Shown here piece after piece: positions 63,583 through 64,000 of a stretch of DNA of 64,000 nt. The first letter of the stretch is position 1, and every line of letters begins with the position of its first letter. This DNA comes from Harriotta raleighana. Taxonomy: Eukaryota. Made by a program: the position numbers and the translations under genes. The notes under the pieces are model-generated. The model searched no databases and was not told the origin of the DNA. It worked only from the letters and a program-made list of their open reading frames with translations. Location of the stretch: contig JBNZDD010013714.1 in the NCBI GenBank assembly GCA_050575255.1, forward strand, positions 8,307,681 to 8,371,680. The letters run 5' to 3'.

Positions 63583-64000
63583 TTGATGAACTTATACAGA
63601 ATATGCAATATTTTCTCAACAATACTGCAAATGAATTTTGTTGCAGTTCAAGATGCAAGTACTGTATGTTGTATTCCGATATAAGGTAAAAATGTAGATG
63701 GGTTATTGATTTTTTCCTTATTATTGTATTTAGCGAGAGCATCAAGCAATCTTGGTCAGATATTGCAAGATGACAATGCAAGGCCTGAAACCCATCTAGT
63801 CTCAGTCTCCAAGACCGGTTTGTCTTAAATGTTGAGAAGGGCTAGAATTATGGAATTTATATTTGAATATTGTCTCAATTAGGAAGATGGTTGTTTTTTA
63901 AGAACTGCAGAAAAATAGCTTCCAAACAAAGACTGGATTTGAAATATTTTTCATAATTCCGAACTACCTTAAAATTTAAGAAAAAGGTTAAGACAGGGTA

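Overview
Vertebrate genomic DNA, AT-rich and almost entirely non-coding. The repeat content (CR1 and L2 LINEs, Deu-type SINEs, tRNA-headed SINEs with L2-type tails) points to a cartilaginous fish, possibly a holocephalan such as Callorhinchus; this is an inference. The only host coding sequence I can support is a terminal exon at 3059-3294 (+) encoding one C2H2 zinc finger, which I recognise as the distal last exon of ZNF536. It is followed by a probable ~2.7 kb 3' UTR ending at AATAAA 5995-6000. The remaining ~58 kb looks like the gene desert downstream of ZNF536 (towards TSHZ3 in other jawed vertebrates). It contains repeat-free blocks with PBX-HOX/MEIS motif clusters (candidate conserved enhancers), interleaved with layered retroelements: one fairly intact 5'-truncated CR1, many L2 3' ends, at least four SINE types including LF-SINE-like copies, and a degenerate pogo-family transposase. 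The most notable sequence-level pattern is a shared retroelement 3'-terminal stem-loop with compensatory stem changes and family-specific loops, together with tail swapping between SINEs. There is a 132-N gap and a probable assembly-overlap duplication around a single N. I found no prokaryotic-type system (CRISPR, operon) and no evidence for a wholly new gene system. Repeat family names are from memory of consensus sequences and need a RepeatMasker/Dfam check.
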